NCBI RefSeq assembly: GCF_000315625.1
Contig: NW_005434644.1
Location: 445,891-509,269 of the forward strand
DNA from: Guillardia theta CCMP2712
Lineage: Eukaryota > Protista > Cryptophyta
Direction of reading: 5' to 3'
DNA length: 63,379 nucleotides
Part shown: positions 46,910-57,866 of the stretch, piece after piece
Layout of the letters: the number at the start of each line of letters is the position of its first letter
Numbering within the stretch: the first letter of the stretch is position 1
Notes under the pieces: model-generated
Databases searched by the model: none
Told to the model about the DNA's origin: nothing
What the model saw: only the letters and a program-made list of their open reading frames with translations
Translations under genes and position numbers: made by a program

Positions 46910-49900
46910 ATGTCAGCAAGTGTCATAGCTGGCGAGAGGGAGCATGGTTGCAGACAACTTGATCCGATCTCACATGAGCATAACGACCTTCGTATGACCC
47001 AGGATCCAGAAAGGCTCGAGCCCCTGAATGAATCAGGCTGCGACCTTTCAATCGAAATCGCGGACAGGTTTGAAAGCGAAACGTCCTCTCACGATGATTT
47101 CATCGAGAGATCTGGCACTAGAGACTACAACTTCATATTCTCATTGCTACCAGGCTCGACAGGAGAAGATTCTTTCAGTTGGAGACGAACCTATGCTTAC
47201 ACATACACGCAGCAGCCCGGTAACTTCATGGACCTTGCTTGGAGGGACAGGCACGTCTACCGACACGATCCCCTCCTGTCTGTCTTCTCATGGGAGCCTA
47301 TCACTTCCTTCATGACCTCGAGAGCCGGTCAGCTCATCGCTCTGCTCGTGGCCGTGCCTTGGCTGGTGGTGAGGATATACGAGGTCGCAGCTCTCCGGCA
47401 GCAAGACTTCTTCTTCCCATCAATCAGCTCGATGCATGTCATCCTAGAGCCGCGCGCGATACCCAGCAACGTGTCGTGCGGCTGGGATGCGCGTCTGGAG
47501 CTGCTGAGCTGGTTCTTCCCTCCGCTTGCTCTGCTGATGGCGGGGATCGGAGCAGCCTTGGACAGAGTGCAGTGGGTGAACAAGGTGAGTCAGGCGGGAG
47601 GTCGGGGTGGAGCATGGAGCTGACATGAGGCTTGGGGGGGCTCCAGATCTTTGTCTTCTTCGGAGCGCTCGACGCGGCCTGCAACATGCTGATATTCCTT
47701 CGGCTGGAGGTACGGGGCGATTACCACAAGACGATGCTTGGGACACCTTCGTTTCTGTTTCTGCTCGTCGCGGTCAAGGTACGGGAGGGCGGGGAGCGAC
47801 GAGCTCCAGGCGGCTGAGGGGGACTGACGGGGGTGCTGGGCAGGACGTGCTTCTGTTCCCCGGGCCGCTCCTGTACAGCGAGTCGTCGGCGATCGAGCTG
47901 GGGCTGCTCTCGAACGTGGTGTACGCGTGTGCAGCAGGGGCGTGGTTGGTGTCGTATCAGAGCATCATCGTGATCATCGTGCTGAGCATGGTCTTGATGC
48001 TGCGACGGGCGCTGGTGTACCGGGGGGAGCGGATGATCGCGGGGGATCGGGCGGCGTTTTGTAGGGAGTGGGAAGGGCTGGCAGACAGGAGCAAGGAGGC
48101 GATCCAGCACCTGTCGAAGCAAGTCAGGGAGTATGCAAGTACGATGGCCGAGCGCGTGGCGAGGGCAGACGACGAGACGGCAGGAGACGCTGAGGCGAGG
48201 TCGAGCCTGAGGCAGCTGCACACGCTCTACGGGAGCGGTCGAAGCCTCACAGAGACGGTACAAAAGGGGACGTTTGTTGTAGAGCAGCGATCGGCCGCGG
48301 GGCCGGTCAACAGCCTGGACCAGCTGTACGCTCACGCGGTGCTGATAGAGCCCATCTTCAGGGAGAAGGCGCTGGGGCTTGCGGCGGAGGCCAAGGGGAT
48401 GATCCCGCTACGGCTGAGCGCGGATGACAAGAGAGAGTACGTGCGGCTGGAGGACATCCGGGGGGACGTGAGCTTGATGAGGCACGTGGAATGGCCTAGA
48501 ATCAAGAACGTCGACCGCGCCATCGACAAGATCCTCCGCCTGTGCGATGGGCAGACGTCGAGGCTGCTGGACGTGGTGCGGCAGTGCATCGTCTTCGAGC
48601 GGCTCGAGGACCTGTGCGAGTGTCTGGAGCGGATCCTGGGAGACCCCGAGATCGTGGTGATGAGGATCAAGAACAGGCTGGACCCGAGCTTCGACGCGCG
48701 GACGACGGGAGGGTACCGAGACGTGGCGGTGAACCTACGGGTGGTGACGGAGAGGACGAGGGAGCTGGGGGTAGCGGGGCACGTTTGCGAGCTGCGGCTG
48801 GGGGTGATGGGGATGCATGTGCTATCGACACGGGAGCGGCGGCTGCGGTACCGAGGGGTGAAGCAGGTACTGAGGTACGAGAGGGCATGGTTGGCAAAGC
48901 GTGGTACTTGGTCAATGTCGGAGCTGGTAGAGGAAACGAAACTTTCATCAATCCAAGTCAGCATGAGCCAAGTGTCTGCGTCGTTTGTTTGGAGTCAAGA
49001 GGGAATAACGCAGTCCGAAGCGATAATACAGATGTATGAAGCTTCCACTGAATGCCCACAGAGCTCTTTCATGAAGTACAAGGGCAAGTACCCGGGGGGT
49101 ATCATGGACGAGAAGCTACGAAACATCGTCACCGGGATACAGAATACCATGACCTCGAGCGTCATCTTCTCCTCCAACCCTGTCAAAAATACGTTACAAA
49201 AGGTGACAACGCAGGTCGTTCTTCTTGCCGTCGCGGGCTTTCTCACTTACATGTACGTCGCATCCCTCAATGTCAGTGGATTCCTCGAGAACAAAGCTAC
49301 TTCAGTTTACGTCGCAAGATTGCACATACAAGAATACCGCGATCAAGCTCCTCGCGCCTCCGTTCCCAGCGCCTCCGTCTCCAACTTCTCTCTCATGCTT
49401 GACAGCTGCAACCAGCGATCTCCGGCGTCCACCAAGACGGTGAACAACACGCTCTACTTCTTCTTCGCTCCGCCGGCGGAGGCCAACGGCTGGCACTTCA
49501 GCCTCAACCCTGACAAGCAGCTGGCGAGCTACGACCCGATCGCCTTCAACCTCTCGATACTGGAGCGGCCGGTGGGGAGCGGGGAGGAAGTAGAGAGTGT
49601 GTCGGGGAAGGCGTGGAAGGACTGGACGAGCTTCTCGTGCAGAGAGAGGCCGGGGATGGGAGTGTGCAAGGAGGGCGAGGCGTACAGGGGGGCTCGGATG
49701 TACTTCAACGTACAATATCTAGTGTTTCGCATCCTTGCGATTTTGATCTCGATAATTCAGCCTCTTGTATGTATCTTGGCGGTAGTGACGGCAAGGCTAG
49801 GGTATCGACGGGTACCGAAGACGATGTTCGCGTCCTTGTTTCACGTGGTCGGAGTGTTTGAAATCTTCTTCTTTGCGGTAGGCAACGAGACTACGGGGAG

Positions 49901-50993
49901 CGGCTTGATATGGGGCATTGGGGACCTTTCTTTCGGGATGGTCATCGAGTTTCGAGAGCAGTACATGATGACAGTCTTGCCGTTCTACAGCATCTTCACC
50001 TCGGTCGGGGTTTCAAGCCTCGTCACCCATGGATACAAGCGTGTTCCGGACATATCCAATCTTGGATGGAGCAACTTCCCCCTGATAGCGATGTGGTTGT
50101 ACTTCACTATAGGCAGAAAACTCCACCTGCACAGAGCCTTCAAGAACGTCAAGTCGGAGCTTCTCAAGTACAACGACCTCTGGGAGTCTCTCTCTTCCTC
50201 TCAAAACAGCCGCCTGACCCTGGAGCGCATCGGCCAGCTGGTCTCGCAGGTCCAAGTGCCGACCAGGCTGGCTCAGAGCCGCGTGCATGACCCCGACAGC
50301 CCGCTAGAGGAGTCGTCGAGCCCGCTGGAGTGGATGCTGAGGAGGAGCCAGGGCGGGTCCTCCTCGCTGCGTGTGCCGAGCAAGAGTGTGTGGCCGCTGA
50401 GCAAGGACCCGCGGGTGGTGTCGCTAGACCAGCTGTACGCGCAGGCGGTGTTTGCCGACCCGATCTTCCGGAAGAAGGTACAGGAGCTGGCGGAGGAGTC
50501 GAGGGGCTTGTTCCCGGCTCTGCCTTCAGGTAGCGAAGAGTCGGTGGAGTGTATCGGGTGGAGGGAGGCAAAGGAGGACGAGGAGCTTCAGCAGCGGATC
50601 CGATGGGCGCCGATGAAGAGCGTGGACCGGGCGGTGGAGAAGCTCGTGCGATCCTACAACAACGACGTGTCGAGGCTGCTGGACGTGGTGCGGCAGTGCA
50701 TCGTCTTCGAGCGGCTCGAGGACCTGTGCGAGTGTCTGGAGCGGATCCTGGGAGACCCCGAGATCGTGGTGATGAGGATCAAGAACAGGCTGGACCCGAG
50801 CTTCGACGCGCGGACGACGGGGGGGTACAGGGACGTACTTGTGAATCTACGGGTGGTGACGGAGAGGACGAGGGAGCTGGGGGTAGCGGGGCACGTGTGC
50901 GAGCTGCAGCTTCTGGTGAAGGGGTTTATGGATCTAAGGACGACGGAGGGGCACAAGAGGTATGTAGCGTATAGGAACCTGAGATGTGAGTAG
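46910..50993 (+). CDS. Multi-pass membrane protein with two RelA/SpoT-like domains (copy 2); inferred exons 46910-47584, 47647-47778, 47844-50993
   Basis: Near-identical inverted paralog of copy 1 with the same motifs and introns. The N-terminus differs and the start codon is tentative. Confidence 0.85.
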
Positions 50994-51637
50994 GCAAGTT
51001 TGGGTGAATAGTCCTTCAAGTATGTATGTCAGGTAATGAATCAGTGAGTTAATGTACTTGATCGTCACAGTGAACTTGTGACTCGGAACGCCGGCACCGC
51101 CGCGCACCAGTCAGTCCCGTGACTCCTTGCCGCCGCGCAGGCCGGGCGGCCCCGCGCTTCAACCCGGCCCGGACTCGGGAACCGGGAACCGGGTGCCGGC
51201 CCGGTTACCCTCATCCCCATCTCAACCCTTGACTCCTCTTGCCATGCTGTCGGGCACTTTGATTGAGTTTAGGATGCCCGCGAGCGCGCGGGAGGGAGAG
51301 CATGGAAGAAGAAGGACATGGAACGTGAGGAGGAAGAGGAAGGGAAGGAAGCAGGCAGGGGAAGAGAAGGAAGAGAAGTGTGAGAACAGGGTGGTCAACA
51401 ATGAAGGAACAGGGCAGTTCGACACGTCAGGGGAGTGAGCGGAGCATGGGAGGTGGGTAGGGTCCTCGTAGCTGAGGAATCAGCGAAAGAGCCATATGAA
51501 GTAGAGGAGAAGGGGACTAGACCTTTACAGGAGCACGAAGGAGCGAGGCAGCTCGATCGTTGGACGAAGCGGGAAGATATAGTTGCCCAGAGTTCTTGCT
51601 GACGGTCAGTTTCAGCCAGGGAGGAAGACGGCTAAAA

Positions 51638-53658
51638 ATGGCGGAAATGAGCTTCGGCAACCGGCGAAGCACTGTACTCGTGATCTCTGATTGACCTGAC
51701 TTATCTGAGCTTGGCGATCAGGCCTACCGACGCAGCGAAGAAGGAATGCCGTCGTTCAACCCTGTAGCTTTCTTTCAGGTCCGTACGTTGTCAGCCGGGC
51801 ATGCCGAGCCTGAGTTTGATTCCGCAGGGATGTATAGCGTCAAGGCCCGATACTCTGCATGTAAGACTCGGAGCGGGGCTCAGTCTCCACATGGTGAAGT
51901 TTTTCGTGCTAGGACAAGGCTCCGCTTGTCGTCGACTTCCCCGACAGGCCTTCGAAGATGCTTGCTGCTGTTCTTCCAGTGAGATCGCGCGAGCAGCCAG
52001 CTGAGTGACTTGATCTCCTCACCCCCTGCTTGCAGGACTACGGCTCAGCCAAGAGGTTCAAAGTTCAGGTTTGACCAGCTACAAGTCGGTTGGCCACTGA
52101 CCGTCCGGTAGATGGTCGACCTGCCTCGCCTCCCAATGGGCAAGCTGAAGTCGACTGAGGTCTTGCCATGGCAGCTCGCGTCCTCTACAGGCGTGACCGC
52201 TCCTCAGGTGCTGGTAGAGGTGCATGCGGCTGGTGTGAACCCAACGGACTGGAAGCAACGGAAGGTCAGTGCTATGTACAGTGATTGGTGGAAGGGAGGG
52301 AGCGTACAGGGAGCGGACGATCAAGCTCGGAGGAGACGGAGAGTGAGAGGACGATGATGCTTGTTGGTGGCAGGGAACTCTTTCGCAGATCTTTCCTCTC
52401 ACCCTCCCCTGCATCCTGGGCATCGATTTCAGTGGCAGGGTAGTGCGTGCTGGGGAGGATGCTTCTTTCTCCGAGGGAGACGAGGTGTTTGGGCGGCAGA
52501 CCCTCCACCGTATGACGGAGCTCAATGGCAGCTATGCTGAGTACTGCATCGTAGATAGTCAGGACATCTTCCACAAGCCAGAGAACCTGAGCCACAAGGA
52601 GGCTGCCGGGGTGCCGCACGCTTGCCTAGCTGCGTACGCGTGTCTAGCACGAATCGGAAAGCTGCTGGAGAAGAGGACAGCGATCGACAAGGCTGTCTTC
52701 ATCCTCGGAGGCAGCGGAGGCGTCGGGACGTTCGCGGTCCAGCTCGCGAAGCATCACTTCGGGTGTTACGTCATCGCAAGCTCCTCCTCCAAGAATGCCG
52801 AGCTGCTGCGATCGCTGGGAGCTGACGAGGTGCTGGACTACGAGGACCCCGCATTCCTCAAGAGTATGGGGTACACCAAGGTCGATGCGATTGTGGATTG
52901 TGTGGGAGGAGACGACTACTGGGTGGCGTTCAAGCCGAGCCTCAAGGCGGATGGAGTCTACGTGACGCTGGTGGGGAGTGAGAGGCATTTAGCTAACGAC
53001 AAGAGCATCGACTACACATTAGCCTTGCAGATTCAGGCGGATTATTTCATGCGGCAAATCTCCAACAGGATAGGAGCTGCACAGAACTACCACATCCTGA
53101 CCGGATCGCAGCTGCAGAGCAGCGACCTGAAGATCATCGCGAGCCTGTTGGAGGAGGGGACGCTCAAGGTGGTCCAAGAGAAAAGCTTCTCCCTCTATGA
53201 CATCGCGCTTGCGCATGAGCTGTCGGAGACTCGCCATGCAGTCGGGAAGATTGTGATCGAGATCCGAGCAGAGGAGGAGGGGAGGAAGAAGTCGGAGGAG
53301 GCGGAGAAGGGGGCGAGCGTGGGGGCATCCAAGACGAACTCCAAGACATCCAAGGTCAAGTTCAACCCAACGAGCGTCCCTGAGCATGATTCAGAGGATG
53401 AGTTTGAAGAGTTTCGCCCTCCTCCTCTTCCGCAGCAGCAGCAGCAGCAGCAAGAGGAAGAAGAGCAGCAGAACTTTTACGGAGCCCCCGGGATGATGTG
53501 GAGCCAAGGCCGGGAGCTGGAGAGGAAGCAGGCTTCCGCTGCTGCTCCTCCCGAGCTTGCGCCAAGCTCGGCTCATGATCGGATGTCAGGAACGAGCTTG
53601 CGGCAGCCTGACACAGGATCTGCCTTGAAGATGCGGCTAGAATCACTTCAGCGAGAGG
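51638..53658 (+). CDS. NAD(P)H quinone oxidoreductase-like MDR protein (RTN4IP1/zeta-crystallin-like) followed by acidic/Gln-rich linker; may continue to 57697
   Basis: Motifs VLVEVHAAGVNPTDWK, ILGIDFSGRVV, GDEVFG, GSYAEY, ILGGSGGVGTFAVQLAK, LGADEVLDY, HAVGKIVI. The first exons are tentative. Confidence 0.85.
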
Positions 53659-54342
53659 TAAATGATGGAGGGAGGGGGGAGGAGGAGGAAGGGAAGGGGA
53701 AGGGAGGGAGGGAGGGAGGAGGAGGAGGAGGAGGAGGAGGAGGAGGAGAGGAATGGGGAGTAGGAGGAAGAGATTTGTTGACAAAAGGCAAAAGGTCTTT
53801 GAATCGACGAAGAGGGTTCAAGACCTCAAGAAGCAGACGCTCTTGTCCTCCGCCAAGGCTGATGAGACTCTCGGACACTTTCCTTCTGCCGCCGCAGAGA
53901 GCAACGGGAGCGTCTCGAAGCCCATCCTGAGGCAGAAATTTCGCGCGGAGGAAGAGGACGAGCAGGAGAAAGAGAGCGAGAGGATGAGGGAAGATGGGGT
54001 CTACAGCTCGGACGTGAACAGGAGAGAAAACGGTCATTCCCTGGTGCAGAAAGCTCAAGCGTTGAACCTGAGGGAGGAGCGAGTAAGTTCGGAGGGAGCA
54101 GAGTGGCGGGAAGGGTCTTAAAAAGCAGGAGGAGGAAGGGGGGGAGTGGTGGTGGGAAGGACCAGGAACAGGAGGAAGGGGACGAGGAAATTTTCACTAG
54201 GTTGCACAGGTATTGGAGCCCAAGGGAAGGGCAAGAGACCTCGAGGTTGGTTGCATGAAATGACAAGCGAAAATGCTGCGAATGAGGAGAGGGTGATTGT
54301 AGTTCAATGGCGTTATCGGTGCTGCTGGTGCTGCTGTATTCA

Positions 54343-54403
<61 letters not shown>

Positions 54404-55739
54404 GCATTGTCTTGTCCAATTCGACAAATCAAAAGTGCTTGCCATGGACATAATCTTTCTCACCATCCTCGTTGCTTGCTGGTTCTCCTCCGTCATCCTG
54501 TGACCAACTGCTTACCCTACAGAACCCCGTCCACATGCTTGTGAGCCGACAAGGAGCTCCTACTTTACCTCGAGAGGAGGAAGAGGAGGAGGAGGAGGAG
54601 AGGATTGAGAAGCAGGAGGCAGCTCCTGTCCGCAAGAGGAACGGGAAGAGGGTTGAGGTGCAGCCCATCCCGGAAATTTCTATCTTGCGCAGCAATCAGC
54701 AGCAAGAGGAGGAAGAGGAGGAGGAAGGGAAGGAGGAGGGCGGGGGTCATGAGCACCAGTTCTCATCCTCATTCCTGGATTACCATGCTCTTGCTCAGCG
54801 GCAAGCGGAGGAAATGCGATTGAGGACGATGCAAATGAACGTCAAGTCTCGTGAAGGGGACGAGGACGAGGACGAGGACGAGGAGGACGAGAGGAGGAGG
54901 ATGGAGGACCCCAGGCTGCGAGTGAGCTGGCGAGATGAAGAGCGGACTGCCTCGCAGGCGAAGCGCGAGCAGGCAGTGCAGCGACTGAGGGAGATGATGG
55001 GCGAGGAGGAGCTGCCGGCGGTGAGTGGAAAGCTCGTCGGCTGCTGAGCGCCTGACTTTTCTTGCAGCCACCCGAGTTTGGCGGGAGAGAGCAGCTGGGA
55101 AAACCTCCGTCGATCCTGAGAGACTCGGTCTTGGTGGGGCGAGGAGAGGAGGGGAGAGGAGAAGAGTGGGGAGGGGAGGGGAGGAAGCCCTTTCCGCAGC
55201 CTGAGGTTGAGGAGGAGACGATGGGTCGCTCGAGCTTTGCTGGTTGGCCTCTTCCCTTCCCCTCTCCTCTCCTTAAAAAGGTATATATCATGCGTCTCAA
55301 CCTGCTGATACTGGAGAGCAGGTTGGAGACAGGACTGGGGAAGGGCAGGATGTTCGAGCCTCCTAAGCAGGAGGAGGNNNNNNNNNNNNNNNNNNNNNNN
55401 NNNNNNNNNNNNNNNNNNNNNNNNNNNNNNNNNNNNNNNNNNNNNNNNNNNNNNNNNNNNNNNNNNNNNNNNNNNNNGGTCTTCTTTCTTGTTCCAGCAG
55501 CTCGCTCGCTTCCTCGCTCGCCCCCCCCCCCTCCCCCTCCCTCCTCCTCCTCCTCCTCCTCTTTCTCCTTCTCCTTCTTCTTCTCCCTCTCGAGCTACTT
55601 CGACCGCCATGACTTTATACCCCATCGTTCTTCAACCTCATCCGCGTCTTCTTGGCAGGACCTGAGCGCACAAGGAGGAGAGCCTGAAGGTTCTTCACTC
55701 CTGACGTGCGAGGAAGACACTCACCGCCTTCCCTAGCCC

Positions 55740-56360
55740 CCACAGGCCCCATCCTCTACGAGGGCATCCTCAGGAAGAAGAAGGAGTCGCACGGCAGGTC
55801 TCCTTCCTACTCTCCCCCTCCTTGTGCTCGCCCTCGTCCTCGCCCTCCTCGTCCTCTTCGTCCTTCTACTCGTCCTCGTCCTCGTCCTAGTCCACCTCGT
55901 CCTTCTTGTCCACTCGTTCATCGTGCACTCTTTTCTCTTGTTCTTCTCCAACGCCCCCGTCAGGTTCGAGGATCCCTACAAGATGGTCTGCGTCTGCCGC
56001 CTGCAAGGAACATGCTTGCGTGTCCGCTTGACGCACAACGGAGAGGTCAAGGAGAGGAGGAGGGGAGAAGAGGAGACGGCGAGGAAGCAGAGGGGAAGAA
56101 GCAGGCGGGAGGAGCGAATGGTGGCGGGAGGAGCTAGGAGGAGGAGCTGGGAAGGGGAAAGCTGAGGAAGAGGAGCAGGTGGTAGGGCTGGAGGAGCAGT
56201 ATCATCTCAACGACTCTCCTCTCGGATGGAAATTAATCCCGAGAAGCGACAAAGCTGACAAGTTCTCCCTCGTTCGAAACCTCCCGAATCCCAATGAGGT
56301 TCTCCTGCTCCTGCTCCTGCTCCTGCTCTCGCTCTCGCTCTCGCTCCCGCTCTCGCTCCC

Positions 56361-56394
<34 letters not shown>

Positions 56395-57697
56395 TCCACC
56401 TCCTTTTCACAGTACTCTGGTCCCACTGTCTGGCATTTCCATCTCCTGCTCCTCCTCCTGCAGCTCGAGTCCTCCGCTAACTTTGTTCGCAGAACAACTC
56501 TGTGTCTTTCAAGGTTCTTCCCCTGCCCCCTCGTCCCTCATCCTCACAGTTTTCAGGCCGAGACTAAAGATGAAGGGTTCGAATGGATAGAAGCCATCGC
56601 TAAAGCACGCAACCCTACAGGTGGCCTCCTCCTCCTCCTCCTCCTCCTGCCTCCTCCCCATCTCCCCTTCGTTCCCCTTCCCTCCCATCTTCCTCCCTCC
56701 TCCCTCCTCCCTCCTCCCTCCTCCCTCCTCCCTTGTTTCTTCATCAACCTTTTGCTCATTTCTGCTTGCTCGTTGCCCTCCTTTCTCCTCCTCATCTCGC
56801 TTGCTCCCCTCCTCGTCTCGACCTTACTTGCACCCTCCAGGACCAGCTCCTTCCTCCTCCAAGGTATCCAGCAGGATTTTCATCTCATCGCCACCTCTCA
56901 CCCTCCTACCCCAGCAGGACACCACCAGCGCGGAGAACAAGCCAGCTGGGGTCGGCATCGTCTTCAAGGAGATCAGGAGGCAGGGACGCGGTTCCCACCT
57001 CCTCGTCAAGTCTCTTGCGCCTGGAGGAGCAGCAATCTCCTCCGGCATGATCGAGGTCCCTGCCGCTGCCGCTACCGCTGTTGCTGTAGTCCTGCTGCTG
57101 CTGTTGCTGAGTCGTGCTCCTGTTTCTCTTCTTCTTGTTGCCCTTCCTTCGTCTCTCCATCCTCCTTCTCCACCTCTTTGTCTTCCTCCTCGCTCTCGTC
57201 ATCCTGCTAGTCTTGTCCCTGTCCCAGATGCTAATTCTCCTGCTCCCCCTCCACGCCCTCAGCCGCAGCTGCGTTGATTCCGACCGCACAGGAGGGCGAC
57301 GTCCTCCACACGGTCAACGGGGCTCGAGTGACTACAACCGAGGAAGCAACTCGTCTCATCCTTGGGTGTGTGCAGAATGCGCCATCCTGTCCTCTCCCTC
57401 CTCCACCTCACCACTCTCCTCCTCCTTCCTTTCCCTCCTCCACCACCTCGAGCTTGTCCCCTTCCACTGACTTCTTCACAGCCCGAAAGGATCGCCCATA
57501 GAGATGGTCTTCGAACGAAATGGTAGCTCTTCTCCTCCCTCCCTCCTCCCTCCTACTTCCCTCCCTCCTCGCTCTCGACGCTTGCCTGGTCGCCATCGCC
57601 GGCTCTTGCTCGCCTGTCCTGCCTCCTGACTCGTCCTTGTGCAGGAGAGAGGTACCAAGTGGACATGCGGCGAGGAATCACAGCTAAGACGCAATAG
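55740..57697 (+). CDS. PH-like + PDZ domain exons (possibly the C-terminus of the MDR gene)
   Basis: PH-like peptides LYEGILRKKK ... FQAETKDEGFEWIEAI. PDZ peptides GVGIVF, LLVKSLAPGGAAISSGMI/EGDVLHTVNG, LILG/PKGSPIEMVFER. Ends RRGITAKTQ*. Confidence 0.75.
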
Positions 57698-57866
57698 AGG
57701 GAGGAGGAGAGGAGGAGAGTTGATTGTACTATACAAACACCAGAGGACATCAACAAAGGGCTGGTTGCGAGGAGGAGGAGTAATGAGAAGCAGAGGAGGG
57801 GAGAGGGGGGAGGAAGGAGGCTGTGAAGGGAGATGCCGGAGATCATGAGAGAAGGAAGGACGCAGA

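Larger units (their letters stand above)
41742..50993. repeat. Large head-to-head inverted duplication: arms 41742-45513 and 47204-50993, unique spacer ~1.7 kb
   Basis: Mirror coordinates sum to 92717 proximally and 92735 distally (18-bp net indel). Translations are nearly identical. Confidence 0.97.

Noticed and set aside
47607-47843. N-terminus MEHGADMRLGG... of the 1128-aa and 1122-aa ORFs
   Set aside because: This reads through intron and out-of-frame exon sequence. The spliced model joins the upstream ORF and the IFVFFG...AVK exon instead.
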